Shown here: positions 1-10,382 of the stretch, piece by piece
How the letters are laid out: each line of letters starts with the position of its first letter
How positions within the stretch are numbered: position 1 is the stretch's first letter
Source of the DNA: Clostridia bacterium
GTDB taxonomy: Bacteria; Bacillota; Clostridia; TANB77; CAG-508
NCBI GenBank assembly: GCA_900759475.1
Contig: CAAEVK010000037.1
Span: forward strand, 2,080 to 66,079
DNA length: 64,000 nucleotides
Direction: 5' to 3'
Notes under the pieces: generated by a model
What the model saw: the letters and a program-made list of their open reading frames with translations, nothing else
The model's database searches: none
Told to the model about the DNA's origin: nothing
Position numbers and translations under genes: made by a program

Positions 1-106
1 TGATTTTTCGAGTTTAGACGAAATAATTAACGAAGCACAAAAATAAAGACAAATTACAATTTAGTGGTTTTAAATAAAAATAGTAATTTGTATGGAGGAT
101 ATGTTT

Positions 107-439
107 ATGAAAAAAAGTATAGTTACATTAATAATTATAACTCTATTAATATATAACATAATACCCATAATAAATGCTACATTTCCAAATAGCATTTATT
201 ATACATTCTTAACAGATTTATGGATAATAAATTCCTTATACGCATTGATAAGCTCCATTATAATGTCTAAAAAATATGGTTTTAAAATATGGATTATTTT
301 ACTAATCTCAATTTTGTTTGTTCCAACAATGTTAATATTTTATAATACATCAGCTTTAATATTTATGATTGCATATCTTGTATTAGCATTAATAGGTAGT
401 TTGATTGGTAGATTTATTTATATAAAGAAAAACAAATAA
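107..439 (+). CDS. small multi-pass membrane protein, function unknown
   Basis: ORF 92..439 in track. GGAGG at 94-98 lies 8 nt before the ATG at 107, so 107 is the likelier start. Almost entirely hydrophobic helices; no motif recognised. Confidence 0.5.
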   Translation: MKKSIVTLIIITLLIYNIIPIINATFPNSIYYTFLTDLWIINSLYALISSIIMSKKYGFKIWIILLISILFVPTMLIFYNTSALIFMIAYLVLALIGSLIGRFIYIKKNK

Positions 440-545
440 ATTACAATTATAAAATAAACTTTAAGTATTTATCATAAAATTAAACCTATGGTATGTGGTA
501 ATTTATAATAATTTTGATATATTTAATAGTAAAGGAGGAATTATT

Positions 546-1211
546 ATGGAAAAAATAAAAATTGGCAATTTTATTAGTGAATGTCGTAAAGAAAAAAAAC
601 TAACTCAAGAACAATTAGCAGAAAAAATGGATGTAAGTGTTAATGCTGTTTCAAAGTGGGAACGAGGATTAAATTTACCAGATATTTCTAAAATGCCTGA
701 ACTATGTAATATATTAGAAATTACTATAAATGAACTTATAGAAGGAAAGAAATTAAATGAAAATGAGCAGAAAAAATTGTCAGATAAAAATATTTTATCT
801 ATTTTAATAACAAGAAATCAATTAGAAAATATGCAAATATTAACAGAAATTTTAATATTTGCAGGTATAGTTATAACAATGACTTTAACATCTTTACTAG
901 CAACAACAATGATTCAAAAAATAATAGTGATATCGATAGGTTGCTTTATATGGGGATATGGAATATTACTAAGAATTAAATTAAGAAAAGCAATTAATGA
1001 AATGAATTTCGAGTGTGATGTTATGAAAAAAGAAAAAATATTTAGAATTTTAACTTTTATATTTATGATATTAACTTTTATAGGTGCAGGATATGTTTTA
1101 TCAAATAAAGGACAGGTAAATGCAGGATATGCTATAATTCCTAGTTTATTTTGTGCTATATTTTCTCAATTAGCAGTTTATGAAAAATTTAAGAAAGAAA
1201 AAAAAGAATAG
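546..1211 (+). CDS. XRE-family HTH regulator fused to membrane-spanning C-terminal region
   Basis: ORF 495..1211. AAAGGAGGA at 531-539 favours the ATG at 546 (MEKIKIGNF). HTH_3 signature LTQEQLAEKMDVSVNAVSKWERG, followed by several hydrophobic helices. Confidence 0.8.
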   Translation: MEKIKIGNFISECRKEKKLTQEQLAEKMDVSVNAVSKWERGLNLPDISKMPELCNILEITINELIEGKKLNENEQKKLSDKNILSILITRNQLENMQILTEILIFAGIVITMTLTSLLATTMIQKIIVISIGCFIWGYGILLRIKLRKAINEMNFECDVMKKEKIFRILTFIFMILTFIGAGYVLSNKGQVNAGYAIIPSLFCAIFSQLAVYEKFKKEKKE

Positions 1212-1337
1212 TAATTTATATTTATAGTTAAAAAATGTATAAAGCAGACAATTTATTAAAAAAATAAGGAATTCGCTGTTTGTGGGGTGTTAATTTTAGA
1301 ATAAAAATAGTATGATTTTTGTGAGGAGGAGATAAGA

Positions 1338-2495
1338 ATGGATTTAGATAAAATAGGAAAATTTATTGCTTTGAATCGCAAAAATAAAGGATTAACACAG
1401 GAACAATTAGCCGAAAAATTAGGAGTAACAAATAAAACAATTTCAAGATGGGAAACAGGAAAATATATGCCTGACTTATCTTTATTAAAACCATTAAGTG
1501 AGGAATTAGGAATAACATTAAATGAATTATTATCTGGTGAAAAAATAAAGGAAGAAAAAATAGTCGAAAATACAGAGAGAAATATACTAAATACAATAGA
1601 TTACTCGAGCAAAAAAGTGGAAAATGAGCACAAAAAAATATCTATTATATTAATGATTTTAGGTGCTATTATAAGTATTTCAGCATTAACTATTTTTAAC
1701 AAAGAAAGTAGTTGGTGTTCTATATATTCTATTATAGGTATTATTATATTTGTAATAGGTTTAGTAAGAAATTTAAAAAAGTTTAAGAAAATACAAAAAA
1801 TAGGTATTGGAATAGTCTTATTTATAGGGATATTTGGAATATTCTATATAGCTGATTATTTGGGGGTAAAAACAAATAATAGACCACCAATTTATAACTA
1901 TGAAATAGAAACAACATTTAGAGAAACAAAAGAAATTGCCTATTATAGTTTGTTCTATAATGTATATAGAATTAATGCAGATACAACAAACGAATATTAT
2001 GTTATTGATGAGAGAAAAGAATATAATTTTGATACTATGCCAATTACACCATTTAATAGAAATAAAAGTGGTATAGATAATATTTTAAAATATCAAAACA
2101 AATATGTTGGAAATAATAGTAATACTGGAAACTTAATAAGTAATTTGCCACTTTCTGAATATGGATATGTGTTTGAAATAGACTCAAATAACTTAGGTTT
2201 AACGATAGATTATCATATTACAGATTGGTATATAAATGATGAAATGTATGTAGAAAGAGCTTTAGTATATAATTCTGTTGCATTATTTTCTTTAATAGAT
2301 AACTTACAATATATAACCTTTAATTTTACAGGAAATAGTTACACAATTAAAAGAGAAAAAGTTCAAGAACTATATCCTAATTATAGCAATATAAATGAAA
2401 ATGGCATAAATAAAGATAACTTTAATATTTATTTAGAGAATAAAATGAATGATGATGTATTTATAAAGAACATATTTAATAAACTTTTTGTATAA
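1338..2495 (+). CDS. XRE-family HTH regulator, membrane anchored, with extracytoplasmic C-terminal domain (DUF4825-like by recollection)
   Basis: GAGGAGG RBS before the ATG. LTQEQLAEKLGVTNKTISRWETG HTH motif, two or three TM helices, then a roughly 200 aa soluble C-terminal domain. Confidence 0.8.
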   Translation: MDLDKIGKFIALNRKNKGLTQEQLAEKLGVTNKTISRWETGKYMPDLSLLKPLSEELGITLNELLSGEKIKEEKIVENTERNILNTIDYSSKKVENEHKKISIILMILGAIISISALTIFNKESSWCSIYSIIGIIIFVIGLVRNLKKFKKIQKIGIGIVLFIGIFGIFYIADYLGVKTNNRPPIYNYEIETTFRETKEIAYYSLFYNVYRINADTTNEYYVIDERKEYNFDTMPITPFNRNKSGIDNILKYQNKYVGNNSNTGNLISNLPLSEYGYVFEIDSNNLGLTIDYHITDWYINDEMYVERALVYNSVALFSLIDNLQYITFNFTGNSYTIKREKVQELYPNYSNINENGINKDNFNIYLENKMNDDVFIKNIFNKLFV

Positions 2496-2503
2496 ATTAC
2501 AAT

Positions 2504-2532
2504 TTGACAAAATATAAAAAACTTACTATAAT
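2504..2532 (+). promoter_or_regulatory. consensus sigma-A type promoter (TTGACA - 17 nt - TATAAT)
   Basis: TTGACA at 2504-2509, exact 17 nt spacer, TATAAT at 2527-2532. Confidence 0.55.
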
Positions 2533-2538
2533 ACAACA

Positions 2539-2620
2539 AATACTATTCAAGAGATAGTACAAAACATCCCCTTTTATTTTCGAGAGAGAATCATTAGAAA
2601 TAGTGATTCTCTTTTAGTTT
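2539..2620 (+). ncRNA. candidate small RNA or leader with C-rich CAUCCCCUUUU motif and intrinsic terminator
   Basis: Lies between the consensus promoter and a hairpin (gagaatca/tgattctc, 2586-2611) followed by a T-run. The motif acatccccttttattttc at 2564-2582 recurs at 8878-8896. Confidence 0.3.
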
Positions 2621-2698
2621 TAAATAAATTTGAAAAACTTATTTAATTATGATAATATTTTAATCGGAAAAATAAAAAATTTATAGGAGGTATTGTTT

Positions 2699-3397
2699 AT
2701 GATTAAATTAGTTTTAGTAAGACACGGTCAAAGTGTTTGGAATTTAGAAAATAAATTTACTGGTTGGACCGATGTACCATTATCAGAAAAAGGAATTGAA
2801 GAAGCCAAAGAAGCAGGAAGAATCTTAAAAGAAAAAGATTTTCATTTTGATATTGCTTTTACATCTGTATTAAAAAGAGCAGAAGATACATTAGACTATA
2901 TTCTAAAAGAAATGGGAGAAGAAGATATAGAAATTAAAAGAAGTTGGAAATTAAATGAAAGACATTATGGAGCTTTGCAAGGACTTAACAAAGATGAAAC
3001 AAGAGCAAAATACGGAACAGAGCAAGTGTTATTATGGAGAAGAAGTACAGATGTCAGACCACCAGAATTAGAAACAACAGATGAAAGGTATCCTGGTAAT
3101 GATCCAAAATATAAAGATTTAACAGAGAAAGAACTACCTAAAACAGAAAATTTATTAGATACAATAAAAAGAGTTTTAGAATATTGGAATACTGATATAA
3201 AACCTGAACTAGAAAAAGGAAAAAGAGTAATTATAGCAGCACATGGAAATAGTTTAAGAGGGCTAATTAAATATTTAGACAATATAAGTGATGAAGATAT
3301 TATAAAATTAGAGTTACAAACAGGAAATCCAATTTGTTATGAATTAGATAATGATTTAAAACCAATTAGACATTATTATCTAAAAGAAAAAGAATAA
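2699..3397 (+). CDS. gpmA: 2,3-bisphosphoglycerate-dependent phosphoglycerate mutase
   Basis: AGGAGG 8 nt before the ATG at 2699. [23 protein letters not shown] catalytic-His motif and C-terminal AHGNSLRGL motif typical of dPGM. Confidence 0.95.
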   Translation: MIKLVLVRHGQSVWNLENKFTGWTDVPLSEKGIEEAKEAGRILKEKDFHFDIAFTSVLKRAEDTLDYILKEMGEEDIEIKRSWKLNERHYGALQGLNKDETRAKYGTEQVLLWRRSTDVRPPELETTDERYPGNDPKYKDLTEKELPKTENLLDTIKRVLEYWNTDIKPELEKGKRVIIAAHGNSLRGLIKYLDNISDEDIIKLELQTGNPICYELDNDLKPIRHYYLKEKE

Positions 3398-3415
3398 TTT
3401 GTTAGGAGCAAGAAA

Positions 3416-4402
3416 ATGAAAGAAATATATCCAGAACAAATGAAAATGAAATATAATGATAAATACAAAAGTATATTTACTATGTATGATGGAAAAGAAT
3501 TGAGCCAAATGACATTTTATCATTTATTTCCTGGATTAGATTTAATATATAATAAATTTAATACTGAAATTTCTCCAACAAGTAGTAAAGATATTGAAAG
3601 AGATTATGTAGAAATTAATTATTGTAAAAGAGGAATATTTGAATGTACTATGCCAGAAGATAAATTACTTTTTTTAGGAGAAGGTGAAATTTCAGCTAAT
3701 ATAAATAAAATTCAAAGAATAGAGGCAGTATTTACAAAAGGATATTATGAAGGTATTGAACTTTTAATAAGTATAGAAGAACTAGAAAAAAATATTCCTC
3801 CAATGTTTAGCCAAATTATTGATAATATAAAAGAATTAAAAACAGTATTATTAAATAATAATATGGGAATAATTTTAAAACCAATAAAAGAGATGATCCA
3901 TATATTTGATGAACTATATTATATAAATCCAGAAGAAAATAAATTATATGCTCAAATAAAAGTTTTAGAACTGCTTTTAGTTTTTACTACAATACCAATG
4001 AATAATGAAAATAAGAAGAAAAGATATATTGAAAAAGCACAAGTAGATAAAATTAAAAAGATACATGATTTTTTAATAAGAAATTTAGATAAAAAGATAA
4101 CAATAGAAATGCTATCAAAAAAATATAATATTGGAACTACACCATTAAAAATATATTTTAAAGAAATATATGGAGAGCCAATTTATACTTATTTAAAAGA
4201 CTATAAGATACATAGAGCATTACATTTACTTGAAGAAACAAATAAAAATATAAGTGAAATTGCAGGAATTGTTGGCTATGATAACAGCAGTAAATTTGCA
4301 AAAGTCTTTAAAGATAAACTGGGATGTTCACCAGTAGAATACAGAAAACAGAAAGTCCATTTGGAGCATCAAAGACTGTTTGGGGTAGAAATAAAAGAAT
4401 AA
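3416..4402 (+). CDS. AraC-family transcriptional regulator
   Basis: C-terminal double HTH (ISEIAGIVGYDNSSKFAKVFKDKLGCSPVEYRK) and an N-terminal ligand-type domain. Confidence 0.85.
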   Translation: MKEIYPEQMKMKYNDKYKSIFTMYDGKELSQMTFYHLFPGLDLIYNKFNTEISPTSSKDIERDYVEINYCKRGIFECTMPEDKLLFLGEGEISANINKIQRIEAVFTKGYYEGIELLISIEELEKNIPPMFSQIIDNIKELKTVLLNNNMGIILKPIKEMIHIFDELYYINPEENKLYAQIKVLELLLVFTTIPMNNENKKKRYIEKAQVDKIKKIHDFLIRNLDKKITIEMLSKKYNIGTTPLKIYFKEIYGEPIYTYLKDYKIHRALHLLEETNKNISEIAGIVGYDNSSKFAKVFKDKLGCSPVEYRKQKVHLEHQRLFGVEIKE

Positions 4403-4450
4403 AAGGTATATAAAGATAGGTGATATTATTAAATAATATGCCTATTTTTT

Positions 4451-6256
4451 ATGTATAAAAGGCAAAAGAAAGAAGGGAGAGTTTTGAAAAACAAAAATTT
4501 TAAAGAATTAATGTCTTATGCTGGTAAGTATAAAATATTAACTTACTTATCACTTGTTTTAGGTGCTATAAGTGGGATTTTAGCATTAGTACCATTTATT
4601 TATATTTGGCTTATTATAAAAGAAGTTATAGAAGTTATGCCAAATTTTGCAGATGCAACCAATATGATACATAATGGATGGATGGCTGTTATATTTGCTT
4701 TACTTGCAATGATTGTGAATTTTTCTGCTTTAATGTGTTCACACTTGTCTGCTTTTAGAATAGCCTCTAATATGAGAATCAAATTATTACAACACATTAC
4801 AAAAATGCCTATTGGAAAATTAGATGAAATAGGTACTGGAAAATTAAGAAAAATAGTATCAGAAGCAACAGGAGCAACAGAAACATATTTAGCTCATCAA
4901 TTACCAGATATGTCAGTTGCAATAGCGACTCCAATATGTATGATTGTTTTATTGTTTATATTTGACTGGAAACTAGGTTTAGTAAGTTTAATTCCAACAA
5001 TTTTAGGATTTATGGCAATGTCAAAAATGGTTGGAAAAGCAATGCAAGATGATATGAGAAGTTATCAAGATGCGTTAGAAGATATGAATAATCAAGCAGT
5101 AGAATATGTAAGAGGTATGCCAGTTGTAAAAACATTTGGACAGAGTGTATATACATTTAAAAAATTTAAAAGCTCTATTGATAACTATGATAATTTCTGT
5201 ATGTCATATACTAAAAAAGCAAGAAAACCCATGTTACAATTTCAAACATTTATAAATAGTGTATTTGCATTTTTGATTGCAATTACATTAATAATTGTAG
5301 GTAGAGGAACAATAGATCAAACATTTTTCTTAAACTTGTTATTTTATATAATATTTACTCCAGTTATTAGTACAACATTAAGTAAAGTAATATTTATGAG
5401 TGAAAATAAAATGTTAGTAGAAGATAGTTTGCAAAGAATACATAGCATTTTAGATATTAAACCATTAAGTAATAATGAAAGTAAAGTAGAAATAAAAGAT
5501 AATTCAATAGAGCTTAAAGATGTAAAATTCAAGTATGAAAATAGTAAAAACAATGCTATTGACGGAATTTCTATAAAAATAAAACCAAATGAAACGATCG
5601 CATTAGTTGGACCTTCTGGAAGTGGTAAATCAACACTTGCAAATTTAATTTCAAGATTTTATGATGTAGATAGTGGAGAAATTTTAATAGGAAATGTAAA
5701 TGTAAAAGATATAGAGAAAAATATGCTTATGAATACAATATCTTTTGTATTTCAGAATAGTAAATTACTAAAAACAAGTATTTATGAAAATGTAAAAATG
5801 GCAAAACCAAAGGCTACAAAAGTGGAAGTTTTACACGCACTACATTTAGCACAATGTGATGATATAATAAAAAAATTACCAAAAGGAATAGATACTGTAA
5901 TTGGAACAAAAGGAGTATATCTATCTGGAGGAGAAGAACAAAGAATAAATATAGCAAGAATAATGCTTAAAGATTCAAAAATAGTTATTTTAGATGAAGC
6001 AACAGCATTTGCTGATCCAGAAAATGAAATACAAGTACAAAAAGCATTTGAGGAATTATCAAAAAATAAAACAGTAATAATGATAGCACATAGATTATCT
6101 ACTATAAAAAATGTAGATAAAATATATGTTTTAAATAATGGAAAAATAGAAGAAGAAGGAAATCACGAAGAACTATTAAATAAAAACGGATTATATAAAG
6201 AAATGTGGGATAATTATCAAACTTCAATTTCATGGAAAGTAGGTGAAAATGTATGA
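4451..6256 (+). CDS. ABC exporter, fused permease/ATPase subunit (heterodimer partner 1)
   Basis: Six N-terminal TM helices. Walker A GPSGSGKST, signature LSGGEEQR, Walker B ILDEAT. An alternative TTG start at 4484 follows a GGGAGAG RBS. Confidence 0.9.
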   Translation: MYKRQKKEGRVLKNKNFKELMSYAGKYKILTYLSLVLGAISGILALVPFIYIWLIIKEVIEVMPNFADATNMIHNGWMAVIFALLAMIVNFSALMCSHLSAFRIASNMRIKLLQHITKMPIGKLDEIGTGKLRKIVSEATGATETYLAHQLPDMSVAIATPICMIVLLFIFDWKLGLVSLIPTILGFMAMSKMVGKAMQDDMRSYQDALEDMNNQAVEYVRGMPVVKTFGQSVYTFKKFKSSIDNYDNFCMSYTKKARKPMLQFQTFINSVFAFLIAITLIIVGRGTIDQTFFLNLLFYIIFTPVISTTLSKVIFMSENKMLVEDSLQRIHSILDIKPLSNNESKVEIKDNSIELKDVKFKYENSKNNAIDGISIKIKPNETIALVGPSGSGKSTLANLISRFYDVDSGEILIGNVNVKDIEKNMLMNTISFVFQNSKLLKTSIYENVKMAKPKATKVEVLHALHLAQCDDIIKKLPKGIDTVIGTKGVYLSGGEEQRINIARIMLKDSKIVILDEATAFADPENEIQVQKAFEELSKNKTVIMIAHRLSTIKNVDKIYVLNNGKIEEEGNHEELLNKNGLYKEMWDNYQTSISWKVGENV

Positions 6257-7986
6257 TAGAAAAATTAATGAAGAAATATGCTTTGACCGAGCAGGGAGCA
6301 AAAGACTTTATTAAATCCACAATAAGCTGTACGATAACAGATTTAATTTTAATGATTCCAGTTGGCTTATTGTATTTATTAGTAAGCGATTTATTAAACG
6401 GAATAATACCAGTTTCACACTACTATATATATGGAATAGAAATTGTAGGAATTTTAGTTTTGCTTTATGTAAGTAACTATTTTCAATATAATGCTACATT
6501 TTTTAGTACATATATTGAAAGTGGAAAAAGAAGAATATTACTAGCTGAAAGATTAAGAAAGTTACCTCTTTCTTTCTTTGGAAAAAGAGATTTATCAGAC
6601 TTAACAAGTGTGTTACTAACAGATTGCGAAAGAATAGAGCATAATTTTTCTCATATAATGCCTCAATTTTATGGCTCAATTATTTCTACTTGTATTATAG
6701 CAGTAAATTTATTCTTTTTCGATTGGAGAATGGCTTTAGCTGCGTTATGGGTATTACCAGTAGCATTAATAATAGTTGGAACATCAGGAAAAGTACAAAA
6801 TATATTCACAAGAAAGAAAAATGAAGCAGTAATTGATTGTACGGAAGGAATACAAGAATGTATTGAAACAGTTAGAGATTTAAAAGCAACAAATAGTGAA
6901 GATAGATATTTAGAAGGTTTAACAAAAAAGATAAAAAAAGTAGAAAAGAAAAACATATTTGCTGAATTAGGTGTAGCAATATTTGTCATTAGTTCATCAT
7001 TATTATTAAAATTTGGAATAGGAACAGTTGCATTAGTTGGTTCATATTTATTACTAAATAATCAAATAACAGTATTAACATTCTTTATGTTTTTATTAGT
7101 TGTTTCAAGAATATATGAACCTATGAATAATACATTAGTCAATTTAGCTGCAATAATTTCCTCAAGGTTAAATATTGAAAGAATGAATGAATTTTATGAT
7201 TATCCTCTACAAGAAGGAAGCAAAAAGTTGAAAACGAATGGATATGATATAGAATTTAAAAATGTAGAGTTTGAATACAATAAAGGAGATACAGTTTTAA
7301 AAGATGTATCATTTACAGCTAAACAAGGAGAAGTAACTGCTTTAGTTGGTCCATCAGGTGGAGGAAAAACAACTATATCGAAATTATGTGCTAGATTTTG
7401 GGATGCAACAAAAGGAAAAATAACTTTAGGAGGTATAGATATTTCTAAAGTTGATCCAGAAACATTATTAAATAATTACTCAATAGTATTTCAGGATGTA
7501 ACATTGTTTGATAATACCGTAATGGAAAATATCAGAATAGGAAAAAAAGGTGCAACAGATAATGAAGTAATAAAAGCAGCTAAACAAGCTAAATGTGATG
7601 AATTTATAAGTAAACTACCAGATGGATATAATACTTATATTGGAGAAAATGGCTGTAATTTATCAGGAGGAGAAAGACAAAGAATTTCTATTGCAAGAGC
7701 TATATTAAAAGATTCTCCAGTTATTTTATTAGATGAAGCAACAGCCTCTTTGGATGCAGAAAATGAAACAGAAATACAAGAAGCAATATCAAAATTAGTA
7801 AAGAATAAAACTGTTTTAATTATCGCTCATAGAATGAGAACAGTTACAAACGCAGATAAAATTGTTTTATTAAAGGATGGTGTAGTAAAAGAACAAGGAA
7901 ATCCAAAAGAATTATTGGAAAAAGATAGTATTTTTAAAGATATGGTTCAAAAACAACAAGAATCTTTGGAATGGAACTTAAATTAG
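6253..7986 (+). CDS. ABC exporter, fused permease/ATPase subunit (heterodimer partner 2)
   Basis: ATGA 4-nt overlap with the upstream gene. Walker A GPSGGGKTT, LSGGERQR, LLDEAT. Confidence 0.9.
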   Translation: MIEKLMKKYALTEQGAKDFIKSTISCTITDLILMIPVGLLYLLVSDLLNGIIPVSHYYIYGIEIVGILVLLYVSNYFQYNATFFSTYIESGKRRILLAERLRKLPLSFFGKRDLSDLTSVLLTDCERIEHNFSHIMPQFYGSIISTCIIAVNLFFFDWRMALAALWVLPVALIIVGTSGKVQNIFTRKKNEAVIDCTEGIQECIETVRDLKATNSEDRYLEGLTKKIKKVEKKNIFAELGVAIFVISSSLLLKFGIGTVALVGSYLLLNNQITVLTFFMFLLVVSRIYEPMNNTLVNLAAIISSRLNIERMNEFYDYPLQEGSKKLKTNGYDIEFKNVEFEYNKGDTVLKDVSFTAKQGEVTALVGPSGGGKTTISKLCARFWDATKGKITLGGIDISKVDPETLLNNYSIVFQDVTLFDNTVMENIRIGKKGATDNEVIKAAKQAKCDEFISKLPDGYNTYIGENGCNLSGGERQRISIARAILKDSPVILLDEATASLDAENETEIQEAISKLVKNKTVLIIAHRMRTVTNADKIVLLKDGVVKEQGNPKELLEKDSIFKDMVQKQQESLEWNLN

Positions 7987-8009
7987 TTATTTAAAATGGA
8001 GGAAATACA

Positions 8010-8789
8010 ATGGAAAATGTCTTAGTAGGATTGTTAATCCCTTTTTTGGGTACTACATTAGGTTCAGCAATGGTCTTTTTAATGAAAGATAAAATAAATC
8101 CAAAAGTTCAAAAACTATTATTAGGTTTTGCTTCTGGAGTAATGATAGCAGCTTCTATTTGGTCGCTTATAACACCGTCAATAGAAATGGCAGAAGAACA
8201 GGGGAAAATTTCCTGGATTCCAGCCTCAATAGGTTTTTTATTAGGTATTACATTTTTATTAGTTTTAGATAGTCTTATACCACATTTACATTTAAACTCA
8301 AAAAAGCCAGAAGGAATAAAAGCAAAGTTAAAAAATACTACAATGATGATATTAGCTGTAACACTTCACAATATTCCAGAAGGTATGGCAGTTGGTGTTG
8401 TGTTTTCAGGAGTATTAGCTCAAAATACAACAATAACATTAGCTGGAGCATTTGCATTATCAATAGGAATAGCAATACAAAACTTTCCAGAAGGAGCAAT
8501 AATATCAATGCCATTAAAAAATGAAGGAATTTCAAAACCAAAAGCATTTTTATACGGAACATTATCAGGTGTTGTTGAGCCAATAGGAGCTATTATAACT
8601 ATTTTGCTTACAAGTATTGTAACACCTATATTACCTTATTTACTTTCTTTTGCAGCAGGAGCAATGATCTATGTTGTGGTCGAAGAATTAATCCCTGAAT
8701 CTCAAGCAGGAGAACATTCTAATATTGGAACGATTGGTGTAGCAATAGGTTTTGTTATAATGATGATATTAGATGTTGCACTTGGATAG
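8010..8789 (+). CDS. ZIP-family divalent metal (Zn) transporter
   Basis: GGAGG RBS. Paired HNIPEGMAVG and QNFPEGAIIS motifs characteristic of ZupT/ZIP proteins; about 8 TM helices. Confidence 0.9.
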   Translation: MENVLVGLLIPFLGTTLGSAMVFLMKDKINPKVQKLLLGFASGVMIAASIWSLITPSIEMAEEQGKISWIPASIGFLLGITFLLVLDSLIPHLHLNSKKPEGIKAKLKNTTMMILAVTLHNIPEGMAVGVVFSGVLAQNTTITLAGAFALSIGIAIQNFPEGAIISMPLKNEGISKPKAFLYGTLSGVVEPIGAIITILLTSIVTPILPYLLSFAAGAMIYVVVEELIPESQAGEHSNIGTIGVAIGFVIMMILDVALG

Positions 8790-8816
8790 ACTAATGACAA
8801 GTAAAGAAACTAGAAT

Positions 8817-8846
8817 TTAACAAAAAGAAAAAATCAATATTATAAT
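8817..8846 (+). promoter_or_regulatory. candidate promoter (TTAACA - 17/18 nt - TATAAT)
   Basis: TTAACA at 8817-8822 and TATAAT at 8841-8846. Confidence 0.35.
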
Positions 8847-8852
8847 ACCTTA

Positions 8853-8945
8853 ATAAAAAGTTTTTTAAGACTAATTAACATCCCCTTTTTATTTTCAAAG
8901 AAAATTATTTTATACTGTTGCAGTATAGAGTAATTTTCTTTTTTA
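8853..8945 (+). ncRNA. second candidate C-rich small RNA (paralogue of 2539-2620)
   Basis: Same acatcccctttttattttc motif (8878-8896), followed by an 18-bp hairpin (8899-8938) and a T-run. A second terminator-like hairpin lies at 8979-9024. Confidence 0.3.
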
Positions 8946-9048
8946 TGCTATAATCATCTCGACAAATTACAAGTTATAGAAGAGATATAATTCTTAACAT
9001 AAGAAATTATATCTTCTTTTTTATTGATTTTTACTATATTAAACAATG

Positions 9049-9091
9049 AATATCAATATTTTTGAGAAAAATTCTCAAAAATATTGATATT
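9049..9091. repeat. perfect 20-bp-arm palindrome (aatatcaatatttttgagaa aaa ttctcaaaaatattgatatt)
   Basis: Read directly. The arms 9049-9068 and 9072-9091 are exact reverse complements. It sits just upstream of the -10-like tataat before the AAA-ATPase gene. Confidence 0.9.
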
Positions 9092-9137
9092 TTTAAAAAT
9101 ATGGCATATAATATAGTATGAGAGGAGGAAAATCAAA

Positions 9138-10382
9138 ATGTTAATAAGATTTAGTTTTAAAAACTTTAAATCATTTAAAGATGAAAATGTACTAGATATG
9201 GAAGCTACATCATTAAAAGAACATGAATATAATCTTGTAAAAACAGACCAAGTTAATCTTTTAAAAGTAGCAGCAATATATGGTGCTAATGCAAGTGGAA
9301 AAACTAATGTATTACAAGCTTTTGATTATATGAAAAAAAGAATATTAGTTAGTGATGATTCTAAAAAGAACTCTCCAATAGATGAAGATAATGTATATAG
9401 TTATATGATAAATAATGAACCAATTAGTTTAGAAGTTGAAATACTAGCAAAAAATAACAAAATATATAAATATGGTTTTGATGTATTAAAGGATAGTATT
9501 GTTTCAGAATGGCTATATATAAAAAAGATAAATAAATTCTATTCAATTTTTGAAAGAGAAAAGAACAATGTTACTATGAAATCAAATAATAAAATATCAG
9601 GACTAGCAAATATTGATGAAAGAACTTTATTTTTAAATATATATAGTAAAATAGATAAAGACAATGAAGATTTTAACAATGTTTATGATTGGTTTGTAGA
9701 TGCAAATTATTTGGATTTAGGAAATCCAAGATTTGAAGATTTTATAAATACTAGAATTTCACTAAAAATATTAAGTGATGAAAAATATAAAAAAGAATTG
9801 TTAAGATTTATTAAAACATTTGACTCTGGAATAGAAGGAATTAAAACTACACCTAATTCTTTAGAAGAAGTACAGAATAACAATAGAGTAGTTAAAGTTG
9901 AACTAATTCATAGGGGAGAGAATAATGAATTAAAAGCATTACCACTAGAATTAGAATCAAATGGTACTAGAAAAATGTTTCATTTATTTGACTTCTTTAT
10001 GGATGCATTAAGAAATGGAATGGTATTATTTATAGATGAATTAGATGCAAAATTACATCCATTATTAACAAGATATATTATTAATTTGTTCCATAATAGT
10101 GAAACAAATATAGGTAATGGTCAGCTAATATATTCTACTCATGATACAGTAAATTTAAATAAAGATACATTTAGAAGAGATGAAATATGGTTTACTGAGA
10201 AGAATAAAGATGGTGTATCAGAATTATATGCTCTATCAGATTATATACTTGATGATGATGGAGACAAAAAATCTGGTAAAAAAGTTAGAAATGATGCAAC
10301 ATACAACAAAGATTATTTAACTGGAAGATATGGTGCTATTCCAGTTTTAGAAGAATTTGAGATAAGTTATGAGAAACAATAA
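9138..10382 (+). CDS. AAA_15/AAA_21-type ATPase (AbiLi/RloA-like defence ATPase)
   Basis: GAGGAGG RBS. N-terminal FKNFKSFKDE...IYGANASGKTNVLQAF Walker A and LFIDELDAKLHP Walker B, an architecture typical of ATPases paired with RloB. Confidence 0.85.
   Translation: MLIRFSFKNFKSFKDENVLDMEATSLKEHEYNLVKTDQVNLLKVAAIYGANASGKTNVLQAFDYMKKRILVSDDSKKNSPIDEDNVYSYMINNEPISLEVEILAKNNKIYKYGFDVLKDSIVSEWLYIKKINKFYSIFEREKNNVTMKSNNKISGLANIDERTLFLNIYSKIDKDNEDFNNVYDWFVDANYLDLGNPRFEDFINTRISLKILSDEKYKKELLRFIKTFDSGIEGIKTTPNSLEEVQNNNRVVKVELIHRGENNELKALPLELESNGTRKMFHLFDFFMDALRNGMVLFIDELDAKLHPLLTRYIINLFHNSETNIGNGQLIYSTHDTVNLNKDTFRRDEIWFTEKNKDGVSELYALSDYILDDDGDKKSGKKVRNDATYNKDYLTGRYGAIPVLEEFEISYEKQ

Noticed and set aside
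1-46. The 3' end of a plus-strand gene entering the window (..DFSSLDEIINEAQK*).
   Set aside because: Only 15 codons are visible, too short to support a call.
8790-8975. The left junction of the serine-recombinase element lying between the ZIP transporter and the AbiL-like pair, which would give a neat 6 kb defence cassette.
   Set aside because: The minus strand here encodes nothing resembling the missing C-terminal part of the interrupted M14 peptidase, so this cannot be the other half of the target gene.
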